A stretch of DNA of 64,000 bases. It comes from an uncultured Actinomycetes bacterium (lineage in GTDB: Bacteria > Actinomycetota > UBA4738 > HRBIN12). The notes beneath the pieces are model-generated. The model worked only from the letters and a program-made list of their open reading frames with translations, was not told the origin of the DNA and ran no database searches. Below, one piece after another: positions 35,489 to 42,686 of this stretch (positions are counted from its first letter, which is position 1; each line of letters starts with the position of its first letter). Made by a program: the position numbers and the translations under genes. The stretch spans positions 67,362 through 131,361 of the forward strand of contig CAWGTU010000004.1 in assembly GCA_963825635.1 (NCBI GenBank). The letters are read 5' to 3'.

Positions 35489-36832
35489 CTACGCCGGGCT
35501 CGATGAACGTTCGGTGAGCGGATCCGCCGGTCTCGTGGCCTCCACCGATCCGTCTCGTTCGGGAGCGCGCGACCCCGGCACGAGGTAGAGGAAGAGCAGG
35601 ATCACGATGCCGCCGACCGCTCCCGCGAGGATCAGCGTACCCCGCGTGCCGACCGTCTCTGCGAGCGGGCCGACGAGAGCGAACGACAACGGGACGCCGG
35701 CGACCGAGATCAGCCAGTCGAGGGACGAGACCCGTCCCAGGATCGACGACGGCACGAGGCGCTGCAGCAGCGTGTACCAGAGCACCAGCAACACCGTGAT
35801 GCCCGATTCCATGACGAAGCTCGCGAGCATCGCCTGCCAGATCGAACCGGAGACCCCGAACCCGATCATGGCGAACGCCGAGATCGCCCATGCCCAGTAG
35901 AGGCGCGTGATCGGGCGGCGCGGCAGGTCGCGCTGTCCCATCGTCACCGCTGCCATCACGGCGCCGGCGCCCCCGGCGGCGAAGACGAGTCCGAGTGACG
36001 TCGCGCTGCCGCCGAGCTCGTTCTTGACGAGGTAGGGCACCAGCACCTCCCACGGGCCCCACACGCAGAGCAGGCTGATCGTGGCGGCCGCCATGCCCGC
36101 CCACAGCCAGGGTCGCTGGAACACGAAGCGGAGGCCCTCACGCGCGTCGTGCCAGACCGAGGCATGCCCACCCTCGGGCGTCACCCGGGTAACCCCGCGC
36201 ATCATCAGCAGCATCAGGGCCGAGAACGCGAACGTGCCCGCGTCCACGTAGAACGCGAGGCCTGCGCCGACCGTGCCGACCAGCAGTCCCCCGAGGGCGG
36301 GACCCAGCAAGGTCATCGCGAACGGACGCGAGAACTGCGCCAGGGAGTTCGCCTGCACGAGCATCTCCTTGGGCACCAGGTCGGGCAGGATCGAATTATG
36401 TGCCGGCCCGTACAGGGACTGCCCGACGCCGAAGCACACCACCAGGGCGTAGACCTGCCACAGCTCGAGCACCCCGAGGGTGACGAGCGTTGCGAGGGCG
36501 GCGATCGAGAGGCCCCTGATGACATCGGCCGCGATCAGCAGCTTCCGTCGATCGAACCGGTCCGAGAGCACGCCCGAGAGCAGCACGAGCACGACCTGGG
36601 GAAGGCTCCACGCGATGCCGACGCCGGCGAGCGCCCCGGGTCGGTTCCACTGGTCGTACACCTGCCAGGCGATCGCCACGACGTAGACGCCGTCACCGAG
36701 GAACGAGACGACCGTGCCGAGCCAGAGCAGCCGGAAGTCACGGAGCGCGAGCGGTTTGACGATGCCGAGGCGGGCGAGCCTGGTCACGGCTCCCGAGCTT
36801 AGTGAACGTGGGGTAGCCTTCGTGGGCGTCAT
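35489..36832 (-). CDS. MFS transporter
   Basis: 447 aa with ~12 TM helices. FRLLWLGTVVSFLGDG and LSDRFDRRKLL are MFS motif A-like. The start is uncertain. Confidence 0.85.
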   Translation of the reverse strand: MTPTKATPRSLSSGAVTRLARLGIVKPLALRDFRLLWLGTVVSFLGDGVYVVAIAWQVYDQWNRPGALAGVGIAWSLPQVVLVLLSGVLSDRFDRRKLLIAADVIRGLSIAALATLVTLGVLELWQVYALVVCFGVGQSLYGPAHNSILPDLVPKEMLVQANSLAQFSRPFAMTLLGPALGGLLVGTVGAGLAFYVDAGTFAFSALMLLMMRGVTRVTPEGGHASVWHDAREGLRFVFQRPWLWAGMAAATISLLCVWGPWEVLVPYLVKNELGGSATSLGLVFAAGGAGAVMAAVTMGQRDLPRRPITRLYWAWAISAFAMIGFGVSGSIWQAMLASFVMESGITVLLVLWYTLLQRLVPSSILGRVSSLDWLISVAGVPLSFALVGPLAETVGTRGTLILAGAVGGIVILLFLYLVPGSRAPERDGSVEATRPADPLTERSSSPA

Positions 36833-36858
36833 CCACGAGCCGGGGGGAGTTCGACGAG

Positions 36859-37128
36859 ATGGGATGTCTGATCGTACTGATGGCCCTGATCGGGCCGCGG
36901 GTCGCGCTCGGATTCACGTGGTTGTTCACCAACCTCGTCGACCGCGCGTTCGACGAGTGGATCGTGCCGCTCCTGGGGCTGATCTTCCTGCCGTGGACGA
37001 CGTTCCTGTACGTGCTCGTCTACAACCCCGTCGAGGGCGTCTCGTTCCTCGGCTGGGTGTTCGTCGTGCTGGGCCTGCTCGTCGACCTGGGGTCGTATGG
37101 AGCCGGGGCCCGGAGCCGGAGGTCGTGA
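36859..37128 (+). CDS. Small hypothetical membrane protein
   Basis: 89 aa with three hydrophobic helices. An RBS (GGGGGGAG) lies upstream. Non-junk composition. Confidence 0.5.
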   Translation: MGCLIVLMALIGPRVALGFTWLFTNLVDRAFDEWIVPLLGLIFLPWTTFLYVLVYNPVEGVSFLGWVFVVLGLLVDLGSYGAGARSRRS

Positions 37129-37131
37129 GAG

Positions 37132-37206
<75 letters not shown>

Positions 37207-37253
37207 AGGGGGGACAGCATACCCGAGCCCGCTTGCCACGCTATCGTGGCGCG

Positions 37254-37715
37254 ATGACCCTCGCCGCTGGAGATCCCGCGCCTCCGTTCGCCCTCACCGA
37301 CCAGCACGGTGAGACCGTGCGGCTCGAGGACTTCCGGGGACGGAAGCTGCTCGTGTACTTCTATCCGAAGGCCGACACCCCCGGCTGCACCACGCAGTCC
37401 TGCGACGTGCGTGATCATCGCCAGGAGTTCGTCGACCTCGGGCTCGACGTGGTCGGCATCTCGCCCGACGAGCCGAGCGCGCAGCTCGCCTTCGACCGGA
37501 AGTTCTCGCTGGGGTTCCCCTTGCTCGCCGACACCGATCACGCAGTGGCCGACGCCTGGGGCACGTGGGGAGAGAAGAAGCTCTACGGCAAGGCGTACAT
37601 GGGCGTCGTCAGGTCGTCGTTCCTCGTCGACGAGGACGGCCGCATCGAGCAGGCCTGGTACAAGGTCTCGCCCTCGAAGACGGTGCCGAACGCCCATCGG
37701 GCGCTCGCCGGGTGA
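37254..37715 (+). CDS. bcp: Thioredoxin-dependent peroxiredoxin Bcp
   Basis: FYPKADTPGCTTQSC is the peroxidatic Cys motif. The start at MTLAAGDPAPPF aligns with typical Bcp N-termini. TATCGT lies 6 nt upstream. Confidence 0.9.
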   Translation: MTLAAGDPAPPFALTDQHGETVRLEDFRGRKLLVYFYPKADTPGCTTQSCDVRDHRQEFVDLGLDVVGISPDEPSAQLAFDRKFSLGFPLLADTDHAVADAWGTWGEKKLYGKAYMGVVRSSFLVDEDGRIEQAWYKVSPSKTVPNAHRALAG

Positions 37716-37752
37716 CGGCGACCAAACCGTCGCACCTGCGAAGATAGTCTCC

Positions 37753-38238
37753 ATGGCGACGGTGAGTGAGACCCCGCTGCCCGGGCTCGGGGTGCGGTTC
37801 GAGTTCGAGACGAAGGGCGGTAGCCGGCTCGGCGTGCTGCAGCATCAGACGGGACGGGTCGACCTGCTCGTCTACGATCCGCACGACCCAGACTCGGTCA
37901 GCGAATCGTTGGCGCTCGATGAAGAGGACGCGCGCACGCTCGCCGAGCTCCTGGGCTCATCCCGCGTGGTGGAGGACCTCGGCAGGCTTCGCCAGCGCAT
38001 CGAGGGCCTCGCGATCGACTGGCTGCCGATCGGCGACGACTCCCCGTTCGCCGGCCGCACGATCGGCGATACGGGAGCACGGACCCGCACCGGTGTCTCG
38101 ATCGTCGCGATCGTCCGTGGTGAGGACCCGATCCCTGCCCCAGGCCCCGAGCATGGGCTCGAGGCGGGCGACACCCTGGTCGTCGTCGGCACCCCGCGGG
38201 GTATCGAAGACCTCGTCGTGATCCTGCGGACCGGCTAG
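37753..38238 (+). CDS. TrkA-C (RCK C-terminal) domain regulatory protein of a cation:proton antiporter (KhtT-like)
   Basis: ATG at 37753 within ORF 37309..38238. FAGRTIGDTGARTRTGVSIVAIVRG...LEAGDTLVVVG is a TrkA-C fold. Sits immediately upstream of the CPA2 gene. Confidence 0.75.
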   Translation: MATVSETPLPGLGVRFEFETKGGSRLGVLQHQTGRVDLLVYDPHDPDSVSESLALDEEDARTLAELLGSSRVVEDLGRLRQRIEGLAIDWLPIGDDSPFAGRTIGDTGARTRTGVSIVAIVRGEDPIPAPGPEHGLEAGDTLVVVGTPRGIEDLVVILRTG

Positions 38239-38244
38239 ACACGC

Positions 38245-39429
38245 ATGGTCGAGCCGGCGTTCCTGCTGGAGCTCGGCGGGGTCGTGGTGGGGCTGGCGCT
38301 GCTCGCCCGTCTCGCGGCCCGGTACCGGCTCCCGGCGTCGCCGCTGTTCCTGCTCGCCGGCCTCGCGTTCGGCGAGGGCGGCGTCTTCCCCCTGCTGACG
38401 GCCGAGGAGTTCATCGAGCTCGGGGCCGAGGTCGGCGTGATCCTGCTCCTGTTCATGCTCGGGCTCGAGTACTCGGCCGCCGAGCTGACCTCCGGGCTGC
38501 GCCGCCACGCTCCCGCCGGCGTCGTCGACCTCGCGCTGAACTTCACGCCGGGGTTCGTGGCGGGGCTGCTGCTCGGGTGGGGACCGGTCGCGGCGGTATT
38601 CCTGGGGGGCATCACGTACATCTCGTCGTCGGGCATCGTCGCCAGGCTGCTCGACGACCTGCGATGGCTCGGGAACCGCGAGACCGCTGTCGTGATCTCG
38701 ATCCTCGTGATCGAGGATCTTGTGATGGCCGGGTACCTTGCGCTCATCGCCGTGCTCGTGAGCGGGGCAGGCATCGCGGAGGGAGCCCTCACGCTCGCGG
38801 TCGCTCTGACCGCCGTGATCGCCCTGCTGATCGTCGCGCAACGGTGGGGTCACGTCGTCAGCGACGCGCTCTTCCACCGGTCGGACCAGACACTCGTGCT
38901 CACGATCGTGGGGATCACGTTCTTGGTGGCGGGGCTCTCCGAGCTCGTCGGTATCTCGGCGGCCGTCGGCGCCTTCCTCGTGGGGCTGATGCTCTCGGGT
39001 CCGGCTGCGGAGCGGGCCCACGACCTGCTCGGGCCACTGCGGGACCTGTTCGCGGCGATCTTCTTCGTGTTCTTCGGCCTCTCGATCGACCCCGGCACGA
39101 TCCCGCCGATCATCGGCATCGCGGTGCTGCTCGGGGTCGTCACCGCCGCGACGAAGGTGCTGACCGGGTGGTGGAGCGCTCGGCGTGAGGGCATCAAGAC
39201 GAGGGGGCGCTTCCGTGCCGGGGTCGCGCTCGTCGCACGAGGCGAGTTCTCGATCGCGATCGCGGGCATCGGCACGGCCGGCGGACTCGAGCCGGAGCTC
39301 GCGTCGCTGGCCGGCGCCTACGTGCTGCTCATGGCGGTCGCCGGACCATTGGCCGCGAAGGTCGTGGACCCCGTCGTGCGAGGGTGGCAGACGCGGTCTG
39401 CGGCGCGGACGGCGATAGGGAGGGGTTAG
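38245..39429 (+). CDS. Cation:proton antiporter (CPA2 / Kef-type membrane domain)
   Basis: 394 aa, polytopic. ELGAEVGVILLLFMLGLEYS and AVGAFLVGLMLSG are Na_H_exchanger motifs. Confidence 0.85.
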   Translation: MVEPAFLLELGGVVVGLALLARLAARYRLPASPLFLLAGLAFGEGGVFPLLTAEEFIELGAEVGVILLLFMLGLEYSAAELTSGLRRHAPAGVVDLALNFTPGFVAGLLLGWGPVAAVFLGGITYISSSGIVARLLDDLRWLGNRETAVVISILVIEDLVMAGYLALIAVLVSGAGIAEGALTLAVALTAVIALLIVAQRWGHVVSDALFHRSDQTLVLTIVGITFLVAGLSELVGISAAVGAFLVGLMLSGPAAERAHDLLGPLRDLFAAIFFVFFGLSIDPGTIPPIIGIAVLLGVVTAATKVLTGWWSARREGIKTRGRFRAGVALVARGEFSIAIAGIGTAGGLEPELASLAGAYVLLMAVAGPLAAKVVDPVVRGWQTRSAARTAIGRG

Positions 39430-39451
39430 AGGATGCGCGCCGAGGCGGACC

Positions 39452-39497
39452 TTGACGACTCTACATCGTAGAGCTACGCTTCCTCTACATCGTAGAA
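39452..39497 (+). promoter_or_regulatory. Promoter with two copies of a 15-bp palindromic operator upstream of the ABC operon
   Basis: TTGACG (39452-57), 17 nt, then TACGCT (39475-80). CTCTACATCGTAGAG at 39459-73 fills the spacer. CTCTACATCGTAGAA at 39483-97 follows the -10. Confidence 0.6.
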
Positions 39498-39513
39498 GGG
39501 TCGAAGGAAGCGC

Positions 39514-40449
39514 ATGCTGCGGATCGAAGGACTCCGCAAGGCCTACGGGTCGAACGTCGCGCTCGACGGCGTCGACCTCTCGATCGAGCCGGGCGAGATC
39601 GTGGGTCTTCTCGGGCCGAACGGAGCGGGAAAGACCACGCTGGTCTCGATCGTGGCCGGGCTCCGCGCCGCCGACGCCGGGTCCGTGCGGGTCGGGGAGA
39701 TCGACGCGCTCCGGGAGCCGTCTCGGTGTCGGGAGCTGCTCGGTCTCGCGCCGCAGGACCTCGGCATCTACCCCATCATGTCGGCTGAGTCGAACCTCGC
39801 CTACTTCGGCCGACTCGCCGGACTCAGGGGCGATGAGCTCCGCACGCGCGTCCACGAGGTCGCCGAGGCGCTCGACCTGCTCCCGCTGCTCCCCCGGAAG
39901 GCCTCGAGCCTCTCGGGAGGCCAGAAGCGACGCCTCCACACCGCGATGGCGCTCGTACATCGCCCCCAGCTGCTGTTCCTGGACGAACCGACCGTGGGCG
40001 CCGACGTCCGCTCGCGAGGCAGGATCCTCGATGCCGTGAAGGAACTGGCGTCGGCGGGCTGCGCGGTCTGCTACGCGACGCACTACCTCCCCGAGGTCGA
40101 AGAGATCGGTGACTCGGTCGCCGTCATCGAACAGGGCTCCATCGTCGCGCGATCGAGCGTCGGCGAGCTCGTAGCCCGCCACGGGGCGGCCACGCTTCGG
40201 TTGACGTTCGACGGCCCCGCCCCTGAGCTCGACGGATTCGAGATCGACGGCTCGACGCTCACCAAGCGCTGCGAGGATCCGGCGGCGACCGCCGGCGCCG
40301 CGTTGCACGATCTCGGCTCGCTCGCCGCCTCGGTGCGGGAGATCGATATCGTCCGCCCGAGCCTGGAAGCCGCCTACCTGGCCCTGACGGGGCGGCTGTC
40401 GAGCGAGGTCGCCGCTGCGGAGTCGGAGGCTGCGGATGCTGCGGCGTAG
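39514..40449 (+). CDS. ABC transporter ATP-binding protein
   Basis: Walker A GPNGAGKTT, signature LSGGQKRR, Walker B LLFLDEPT. Confidence 0.95.
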   Translation: MLRIEGLRKAYGSNVALDGVDLSIEPGEIVGLLGPNGAGKTTLVSIVAGLRAADAGSVRVGEIDALREPSRCRELLGLAPQDLGIYPIMSAESNLAYFGRLAGLRGDELRTRVHEVAEALDLLPLLPRKASSLSGGQKRRLHTAMALVHRPQLLFLDEPTVGADVRSRGRILDAVKELASAGCAVCYATHYLPEVEEIGDSVAVIEQGSIVARSSVGELVARHGAATLRLTFDGPAPELDGFEIDGSTLTKRCEDPAATAGAALHDLGSLAASVREIDIVRPSLEAAYLALTGRLSSEVAAAESEAADAAA

Positions 40450-41209
40450 CTGGGTCGTCGTCGGTCAGAACGTCGCCCTGTTGCTGGCCGACCCGGCACC
40501 GATCGTCGTCACCACCCTGATGCCGCTGGTGCTGATGTTCTTCCTCAAGGGCACGAGCGAGGCCGTGCTCGTCGGCAGCGGTGTCGAGGGCGCGAACGGC
40601 GCCGAGCAGGTCGTTCCGGGCATGATCGTGCTCTTCGCCTTCTTCGGGGTCGGGTTCCTGGGGACGGCCTTCTTCAGCGAGCACAACTGGGGCACGTGGG
40701 ACCGGCTGCGGGCGAGCGCCGCTCGGCCGATCGAGATCGTGGTCGGGAAGATGCTCCCCTCCGCGATACTCATGCTGGGGCAGATGGTGGTCCTGTTCGC
40801 GGCCGGGGTGAGTCTCCTGGATCTCCACGTGCGTGGCTCTCTCACGGGCGTGGGAGTGATGATGGCGACCGCCACCGTGTTCCTGATCGCGCTGTCGATG
40901 CTCGCCGTCTCGTTCGTGCGAACCGCGAACCAGATGAACGCATTCGTGAACATGGGGGCGATGGTGGTCGCCGGGATCGGTGGCGCCCTCGCGCCGGTCG
41001 AGGTACTGCCCGGTTGGGCACAGACGATCGCGCCGCTGTCCCCCGCCTACTGGATGCTGGACGGATTCAAGCGGGTGGTGATCGAGCCGGGGACGGTGGG
41101 AACGACGCTCGTCCCGGCCGGGGTCACGTTGGCGTTCGCGGTCGGCGCCGCGCTGATCGCCTCCCGTCGATTCCGGATGACCGACGACAAGGTCGGCTGG
41201 GAGGGATAG
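40436..41209 (+). CDS. ABC-2 type transporter permease
   Basis: 257 aa with 6 TM helices. Overlaps the ATPase gene by 14 nt. Confidence 0.85.
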   Translation: MLRRSWVVVGQNVALLLADPAPIVVTTLMPLVLMFFLKGTSEAVLVGSGVEGANGAEQVVPGMIVLFAFFGVGFLGTAFFSEHNWGTWDRLRASAARPIEIVVGKMLPSAILMLGQMVVLFAAGVSLLDLHVRGSLTGVGVMMATATVFLIALSMLAVSFVRTANQMNAFVNMGAMVVAGIGGALAPVEVLPGWAQTIAPLSPAYWMLDGFKRVVIEPGTVGTTLVPAGVTLAFAVGAALIASRRFRMTDDKVGWEG

Positions 41210-41248
41210 GCGACGCTCTCCGAGGAGCAGGAGACGGTCGCGCCGCGC

Positions 41249-41887
41249 TTGACGCGCGAGCGCGTCGTGGCGGCGGCCCTCGCGATCCTCGATCGCGACG
41301 GCCCCGATGGCCTCACGATGCGAGCATTGGGTCGTGACCTCGGCGTCGATCCCATGGCCGCATACCACCACGTTCCCAACAAGGCGGCGATCCTGGACGG
41401 CGTGGTCGAGGCCGTCTGGCGAGAGGTCTCGATCCCCCCGACCGACGATGTCAGCTGGCAGAGATGGCTTCGCGAGCTCGGCGACTCCCTCCGGCGCACG
41501 CTCGTTTCGCATGCGAACGCGCTTCCCATCGTGGCGACGCGAACGAACCTCTCGCGGCCGGGCTTCGACTTGGCCGAGGCGGCGCTCTCGGTCCTCAGGA
41601 GGGCAGGGTTCCCACCCCAGGAGGCGGCACTGGCCCTGAACGCTCTCGGCCAGTTCGTCCTCGGGAGCGCGCTCGCAGAGGTCGGGCTGCCCGGGGAGAG
41701 CGACGACGACGTCTCGGACGAGCGCTTCTCGACAGCATTCGAGGCGGCCGGCGGAGCGGATCGGTACCCCTCACTCGCCGAAGGCCTTGGGCTCAACGTC
41801 GACTTCGACCCGGCCCAGGCCTGGGAGCTCGGGAACGAGGCGCTGATCCGCGGTCTCGAGAGCCGGCTGAGGGAGCTGCGGGAGTGA
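41249..41887 (+). CDS. TetR family transcriptional regulator
   Basis: HTH LTMRALGRDLGVDPMAAYHHVPNKAAIL with a TetR_C-like C-terminus. TTG start as given in the track. Confidence 0.85.
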   Translation: MTRERVVAAALAILDRDGPDGLTMRALGRDLGVDPMAAYHHVPNKAAILDGVVEAVWREVSIPPTDDVSWQRWLRELGDSLRRTLVSHANALPIVATRTNLSRPGFDLAEAALSVLRRAGFPPQEAALALNALGQFVLGSALAEVGLPGESDDDVSDERFSTAFEAAGGADRYPSLAEGLGLNVDFDPAQAWELGNEALIRGLESRLRELRE

Positions 41888-41891
41888 TCGG

Positions 41892-41910
41892 GGTCGGACA
41901 GAGCCCGACC
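41892..41910 (+). terminator. Hairpin after the TetR gene
   Basis: GGTCGG-ACAGAGC-CCGACC, 5 nt after the stop. Confidence 0.35.
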
Positions 41911-41996
41911 TACCGAGGCCGCCGAACCCGCGGGTCATGCGCTCACGCTGATCGCCGAGGCCCTCACGTTCATGGATCGAGCGGGGACATCACCCG

Positions 41997-42050
41997 CGGA
42001 GACGGTGAGATTCGAACTCACGAACCCTGTTAGAGGGTTGACCGCTTAGC
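41997..42050 (-). pseudogene. Degenerate partial copy of tRNA-Ser(GCU): anticodon through the 3' end
   Basis: GCTAAGCGGT-C-AACCCTCTAACAGGGTT-C-GTGAGTTCGAATCTCAC-CGTCTCC-G. The anticodon side and the acceptor 3' strand are identical to the intact gene at 46514-46602. No 5' acceptor strand and no 5' anticodon stem, so no cloverleaf can form. Confidence 0.7.
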
Positions 42051-42155
42051 TCCGTTGGGCCAAGCCCGCTACCTGCGGCGACGCTAGCAGCGCAGTTCAG
42101 CGGCGTGAACCCGGAGACGTCCCGGACCGGCCGGACGCTCTGAGACGCGCCTGAC

Positions 42156-42297
42156 GTTGCCCATCTGTTGCCCACTTCGTCTGCTCGGGCGATACCCGAG
42201 ACTCCTGGCCAACCCCGCAACAGCCACAATACTCGCAACGGACGCCGCAACGCCCTGAGCAGGCAATACGAGGCTGCTCGGCGGCTCGAGTGTTGCC
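42156..42297. repeat. Cluster of GTTGC(CCA)/GCAAC short repeats in a locally AT-richer non-coding stretch
   Basis: GTTGCCCA at 42156 and 42167 (11-nt phasing). GCAAC at 42217, 42235 and 42247. GTTGCC at 42292. Palindrome CTCGGGcgataCCCGAG at 42184-42200. Confidence 0.6.
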
Positions 42298-42319
42298 TGA
42301 ACCCCGCCGGAGAGGAGGC

Positions 42320-42664
42320 CGCCGGGCTCGCGCGGCTCGCGACGTACGTCAGGCCGAACGAGACCGAGCGCGTGGCGCTCGGCGACCTGCCGGTCGACGT
42401 GACGGTGATCGAGACGAGGGGTGCCGACGGGGTGCGGATCCACCGCGACCGGACGATCGAGCACATCGCCGCCTCGCTGGTAGAACCCGTCGACACCACG
42501 GCGCAGGCGATTGCTTCAACGGCGCGCTCGCGGCGCGGTTGCTCGAGAGACTCGAGCTTCACGACGCCCTCGCGAAGGCGGTCGCAGCCGCTGCCCGCTC
42601 CACGACGATCGAGGGGGCGCATGATGGCATGCCCACTCACGCCGACCTCACGCGCGACGACTGA
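42320..42664 (+). pseudogene. pfkB/ribokinase-family kinase remnant (C-terminal third only, frameshifted)
   Basis: One frame gives ..YVRPNETERVALG...VIETRGADGV...EPVDTT. After a 1-nt gap near 42500 the next frame gives GAGDCFNGALAARL...STTIEGA, the pfkB DTxGAGD signature split across frames. The N-terminal two-thirds are absent. Confidence 0.7.
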
Positions 42665-42686
42665 TCGGGCGGCTCGCCGACCAGCG

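Noticed and set aside
37957-40308. 783-aa ORF on the minus strand spanning the TrkA-C, CPA2 and ABC genes
   Set aside because: Extreme Arg/Gly/Asp/Pro composition and no recognisable motif. It lies antisense to three genes with clear family signatures. This is the typical open antisense frame of high-GC DNA.
41997-42090. A complete, functional fifth tRNA, including ideas of a D-armless mini-tRNA starting at GGAGCTA or a UAA/CUA anticodon in the AACCC-TCTAACA-GGGTT hairpin
   Set aside because: No 5' strand complements the acceptor 3' strand CGTCTCC. The candidate anticodon loop would have C33 and C37. That hairpin aligns instead with the variable arm of a type II tRNA-Ser. It is interpreted as a partial or degenerate copy.
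42113-42150. The plus-strand GGAGACGTCCCGGACCGGCCGGACG as an inverted 5' half of the broken tRNA-Ser
   Set aside because: Only the first 7-9 nt resemble the tRNA 5' end. No D arm or anticodon arm can be folded from what follows. This is probably a chance match to a 7-mer.
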